12,510 bases of DNA from Tubiluchus corallicola (taxonomy: Eukaryota; Animalia; Priapulida). Shown one piece after another: positions 9,254 to 12,510 of this stretch. Under the pieces are notes generated by a model. The model was not told the origin of the DNA, did no database searches, and was given only the letters and a program-made list of their open reading frames with translations. The position numbers and the translations under genes are program-made. The stretch lies in contig JAQGDQ010001932.1 of the NCBI GenBank assembly GCA_030141605.1, forward strand, positions 1-12,510. The letters run 5' to 3'. Numbering within the stretch: the first letter of the stretch is position 1; each line of letters begins with the position of its first letter.

Positions 9254-9401
9254 TGAGTTACGAATGAAATGCAATAAAATGATCTGAATCAAATTTATTA
9301 TAAACATTTCTACTAAAATTCTTCTCACTGACATCCAAGATACTTAAAAATTGTTGGGGGACAGCAGTGCGGGACAACCTATCCCCCCTCCCTTAGCTCC
9401 T
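9254..9401. mobile_element. Putative 148-bp insertion nested at the TTAA of the adjacent element end
   Basis: Flanked by TTAA (9250-9253 and 9402-9405) and ends ...TAGCTCCT. Removing it restores CCT-TTAA-CCGTCAAAGAAT, nearly identical to the junction CCT-TTAA-GCGTCAAAGAAT at 8760-8778. The left terminus is only a weak inverted match. Confidence 0.45.
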
Positions 9402-9662
9402 TTAACCGTCAAAGAATTATCGATTTTTGCTCTGTGTACTTCCTCTGTTTCATGCTCTCCTGGTGACTAGAATAATGTCGTACTGAGCAGTACTGAAAAC
9501 AAACCCATTTATCCAATTAACACTGCCGATGAAAGTAGATTGAAGCCAGCAAAAATTCAATTATAGCTGTCATTTGCAGATAATTTTTATAACTCGATAT
9601 AAACTGATTATAGAATTCGCTCGTGAAAATTACAGATAAACTTTGACATTTGAAAACAGACA

Positions 9663-10558
9663 TTAAGCTGTGTAGTGCGTGCTGTGTTAATAGTTGTGTG
9701 CACCCATCCCATATGATTGGCTTGTCAGAAGTGAATGTAAGCCATAGTGTGTGCTGTGTTAATAGCTGTGTGCACCCATCCCGTATGATTGGCTTGCCAG
9801 AAGTGAATTTAAGCTGTAGTGCGTGCTGTGTTAATAGCTGTGTGCACCCATCCCAACCCAAAAAAACGTAGTGGTGCAAACACCCATCCCTATGATTGGC
9901 TTGCCAAAGTGAATGTAAGCCATAATGTGTGCTGTGTTAATAGCTGTGTGCACCCATCCCGTATGATTGGCTTGCCAGAAGTGAATTTAAGCTGTAGTGC
10001 GTGCTGTGTTAATAGCTGTGTGCACCCATCCCGTATGATTGGCTTGCCAGAAGTGAATTTAAGCCGTAGTGTGTGCTGTGTTAATAGCTGTGTGCACCCA
10101 TCCCGTATGATTGGCTTGCCAGAAGTGAATTTAAGCTGTAGTGTGTGCTGTGTTAATAGCTGTGTGCACCCATCCCGTATGATTGGCTTGCCAGAAGTGA
10201 ATTTAAGCTGTAGTGTGTGCTGTGTTAATAGCTGTGTGCACCCATCCCATATGATTGGCTTGCCAAAAGTGAATTTAAGCTGTAGTGTGTGCTGTGTTAA
10301 TAGCTGTGTGCACCCATCCTATATGATTGGCTTGCCAGAAGTGAATTTAAGCTGTAGTGTGTGCTGTGTTAATAGCCGTGTGCACCCATCCCGTATGATT
10401 GGCTTGCCACAAGTGCATTTAAGCTGTAGTGTGTGCTGTGTTAATAGCTGTGTGCACCCATCCCATATGATTGGCTTGCCAGAAGTGAATTTAAGCTGTA
10501 GTGTGTGCTGTGTTAATAGCTGTCTGCACCCATCCCATATGATTGGCTTGCCAGAAGT
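9663..10558. repeat. Minisatellite, 72-bp unit, about 12 copies
   Basis: Unit AAGCTGTAGTGTGTGCTGTGTTAATAGCTGTGTGCACCCATCCCRTATGATTGGCTTGCCAGAAGTGAATTT. GATTGG occurs at 9715, 9787, 9894 and 9965, then every 72 bp to 10541, with one interruption at 9855-9880. Confidence 0.98.
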
Positions 10559-10580
10559 TCAGAAATTAAATGTGTGTTAA

Positions 10581-11284
10581 GGGAAGAAGGGATGATTTTT
10601 TATATACTATCCCATTTTCAACTCCGATAAAATGTATACAATTTAACAACAATAATGTTGCAAAAGCGTTTCAGATAATTAAATAATAGATTAAAAATTT
10701 AATTGACGGCGGGCGAGCCCAACTATTGATGGTATCACAAACTAACAAATTTTCAACAGCCCACACCTATGTGACCCACTTGAACACACTGACTCAAATT
10801 ACTGTCTAAAATGTACATTTTCTTGCCTATAAAAGTTAACACATCCGGTTAACAATTAGCTTAGAAAGTAATTAACAGCAACCGAACACAGCTATTGCTT
10901 ACGTCAGAAACTAACCACAGTTTGTGCAATGGCAGACGTCTTCCCTTGCGCAATCAAGCACGTTTGCGTAAGTGTTACTGTTTAAATGCGTGATGTCACG
11001 AAAAATTGGCTTTACATCATATGACGTCAGAAACTAACACTGCAGTTCATGATCATGGTTATCACGGTACTACCTTCTATTTGTCAGCCAGACAAAAAGG
11101 CGCCGCTGCCAATCTTACTAGATTCACTGAGCCGCGCGTAGCTTTGAAAGTTTAACAAAATTTGAGTATCCGAGGTAATTATTATTTAATCTAAGCTTTG
11201 ATTTAAAATAAGCTATTGTAGTTTTCAATATTTTACAGCATTCTTTATTCTGAACTAATGTTTACACAATCATCCGGTTTTCCT
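10581..11284 (+). mobile_element. Two-ended, internally deleted Kolobok/T2-like non-autonomous element (704 bp) with TTAA TSD
   Basis: TTAA at 10577-10580 and 11285-11288. Left TIR GGGAAGAAGGGATGATT matches the reverse complement of the right TIR, AGGAAAACCGGATGATT, at 13/17 (15/17 against the left-end consensus AGGAAGACAGGATGATT). The left part matches rc 9088-9249 and the right part matches 1998-2492, joined by ~38 bp of unassigned sequence. Confidence 0.85.
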
Positions 11285-11568
11285 TTAAGCGTGCTATGCT
11301 ACGTGAAGCCACTATCAAAATGAAATAACAACCAGTTTGCAACAATCATAGAAGATATTGCAAATTTGTGAAAGAAAGCGAAAGTTTGAAAGGTTGCGTC
11401 CGTCAAGCGTCAAAGGAAAAGGATCAATAATTGAAGATCAAGATTCTCTCTCATTAATAATCCACAACTAATTGCGTCTAATGGTTCAAACTTGAACTTG
11501 CTGTTACAGTCACTGCATGGCAATGAACACCCAATCAATTATTCACAATTCTTGCCTTTTAAATGCTG

Positions 11569-11727
11569 ATAGATAGGCTCAGGTGGTGGGAACCTTTTTT
11601 AAAATTGAGGAAGCTTGAAGAAAGACAGGATGATTTTTCATATGTTACCCCATTTTCAAGTCGGATAAAAAGTGCACATAGATAGGCTCAGGTGGTGGGA
11701 ACCTTTTTTAAAAACGAGGAAGCTTAA
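11569..11727. repeat. 50-bp direct duplication (11569-11618 and 11678-11727) bracketing a TE-end stub
   Basis: ATAGATAGGCTCAGGTGGTGGGAACCTTTTTTAAAA..GAGGAAGCTTRA occurs twice with 3 mismatches in 50 bp. Confidence 0.92.
11619..11677 (+). mobile_element. 59-bp left-end stub of the Kolobok-like family
   Basis: AGAAAGACAGGATGATTTTTCATATGTTACCCCATTTTCAAGTCGGATAAAAAGT matches the reverse complement of the end at 8762. It is preceded by TTGA (11615-11618). Confidence 0.8.
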
Positions 11728-11785
11728 GTAAAGCTCCAGCTAACTTTGCTAGAGACAGTTTTTTCCTATCTTAGCAGTTTGTAAA

Positions 11786-11803
11786 GGGACGTAAAAGGGT
11801 TAA
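11786..11803. mobile_element. Solo piggyBac-type right terminus plus TTAA
   Basis: GGGACGTAAAAGGG-TTAA resembles GGGACTGAAAGGG-TTAA (rc of 8026-8042). No partner end found. Confidence 0.4.
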
Positions 11804-12044
11804 ATGCATAATGCAATAATAAAAATTAGCTCACGCACGTATATATGTATACAAATATATATATTTGTAAGTAAAGTGAGCATGTAGAAAAGTTTTAATA
11901 CTTTCCTAATACACGTAGCGTAATCTGATAATCCCAGTGAATGAATTCTGTATTGTGCAGCATAAATACTTGCTAGATTGTTTTGGCTTTAAGGACATAA
12001 TAAGGACATATATATTTAGGACATAAGTGACCTACCTTGTCGTA

Positions 12045-12098
12045 TGTGTGTGTGTGTGTGTGTGCGCGCGTGCGTTCGTGCGTGCGTGCGTGCGTGTG
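12045..12098. repeat. Compound (TG)n/(CG)n/(TGCG)n microsatellite
   Basis: TGTGTG...TGCGCGCGTGCGTTCGTGCGTGCGTGCGTGCGTGTG, an almost unbroken purine-pyrimidine alternation. Confidence 0.9.
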
Positions 12099-12108
12099 GT
12101 TAGGCCAT

Positions 12109-12120
12109 TCCGGTTTTCCT
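12109..12120 (+). mobile_element. 12-bp right-TIR stub of the Kolobok-like family
   Basis: TCCGGTTTTCCT is identical to the last 12 bp of the right ends at 2492 and 11284, and is followed by TTGA (12121-12124). Short, so chance is not excluded. Confidence 0.4.
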
Positions 12121-12510
12121 TTGAGTCTTTTTTGGTATGATGAAGATGTTGTATATTACTGATCAGGAGTGTACTTTTTATATCATTTTTTTATTATTTA
12201 CTAACACTTCGCGTTTATCGTGTTTATTTTTATTAATATCTACTTAAGCGAACAATGTTTTGTATGTACGGGGCGCTTTAAAACTCAATTGAAGTAAATA
12301 AACACCAGTTATTGAGCAATCATACTTTTGTATAACTAATAGGATAACGTACATTGATAATTGTTTCTGGTATCGCTTCTGTACTCTGTGAGCTTTGTAT
12401 ATTTCAATTTTAAGTGTTAACTAATGAATTACTTGTGTTTTTGAACTAGCTATTTATATTATATTACAAGAATATATTATAATAGTACTTTTATATAGCT
12501 AATAGGATGA

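Noticed and set aside
4435-10558. CRISPR-like interpretation of the 22-, 188- and 72-bp arrays
   Set aside because: The units are contiguous with no unique spacers, there are no cas genes, and the context is eukaryotic.
9819-10580. 253-aa Cys-rich repeat ORF as a real gene
   Set aside because: The 72-bp period keeps any stop-free frame open, the listed start is GTG, the frame shifts at the 9855-9890 interruption relative to upstream units, and the stop is the TTAA TSD. Kept only as a low-probability idea in the findings.
11300-11568. Short open stretches (LQICERKRKFERL..., NNPQLIASNG...)
   Set aside because: Each is only about 40 codons, they are in different frames, and I see no recognisable motif or paired splice sites.

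Overview
This is AT-rich eukaryotic DNA, probably from an invertebrate animal, and mostly intronic or intergenic. It does not look prokaryotic: I see no operon, CRISPR array, tRNA or rRNA. There is one credible protein-coding exon (3905-4096, + strand, phase 1-1) encoding the N-terminal region and first hydrophobic helix of a membrane protein. The best guess is a divergent SLC9A/NHE-type exchanger, with a class A GPCR as the alternative. Five tandem arrays take up about a third of the window (units of ~14, 86, 22, ~188 and 72 bp), and they explain most ORFs in the supplied track. The main hidden structure is one family of TTAA-targeting, Kolobok/T2-like non-autonomous DNA transposons. It has a 17-bp TIR (consensus AGGAARACMGGATGATT) and a shared internal motif CGTCA(G/C)AAACTAA. 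It appears as one two-ended element (10581-11284) plus about six fragments in both orientations, with duplicated junctions and a nested TTAA insertion. A piggyBac-type MITE (8030-8488) and two solo piggyBac-type ends are also present. A compact Su(H)/E-box/ETS motif cluster lies at 2611-2690. All alignments were made by eye and no database was searched. I cannot support a wholly new biological system; the novelty candidates are the TE family and its rearrangement footprints, the exon's identity and the motif cluster.
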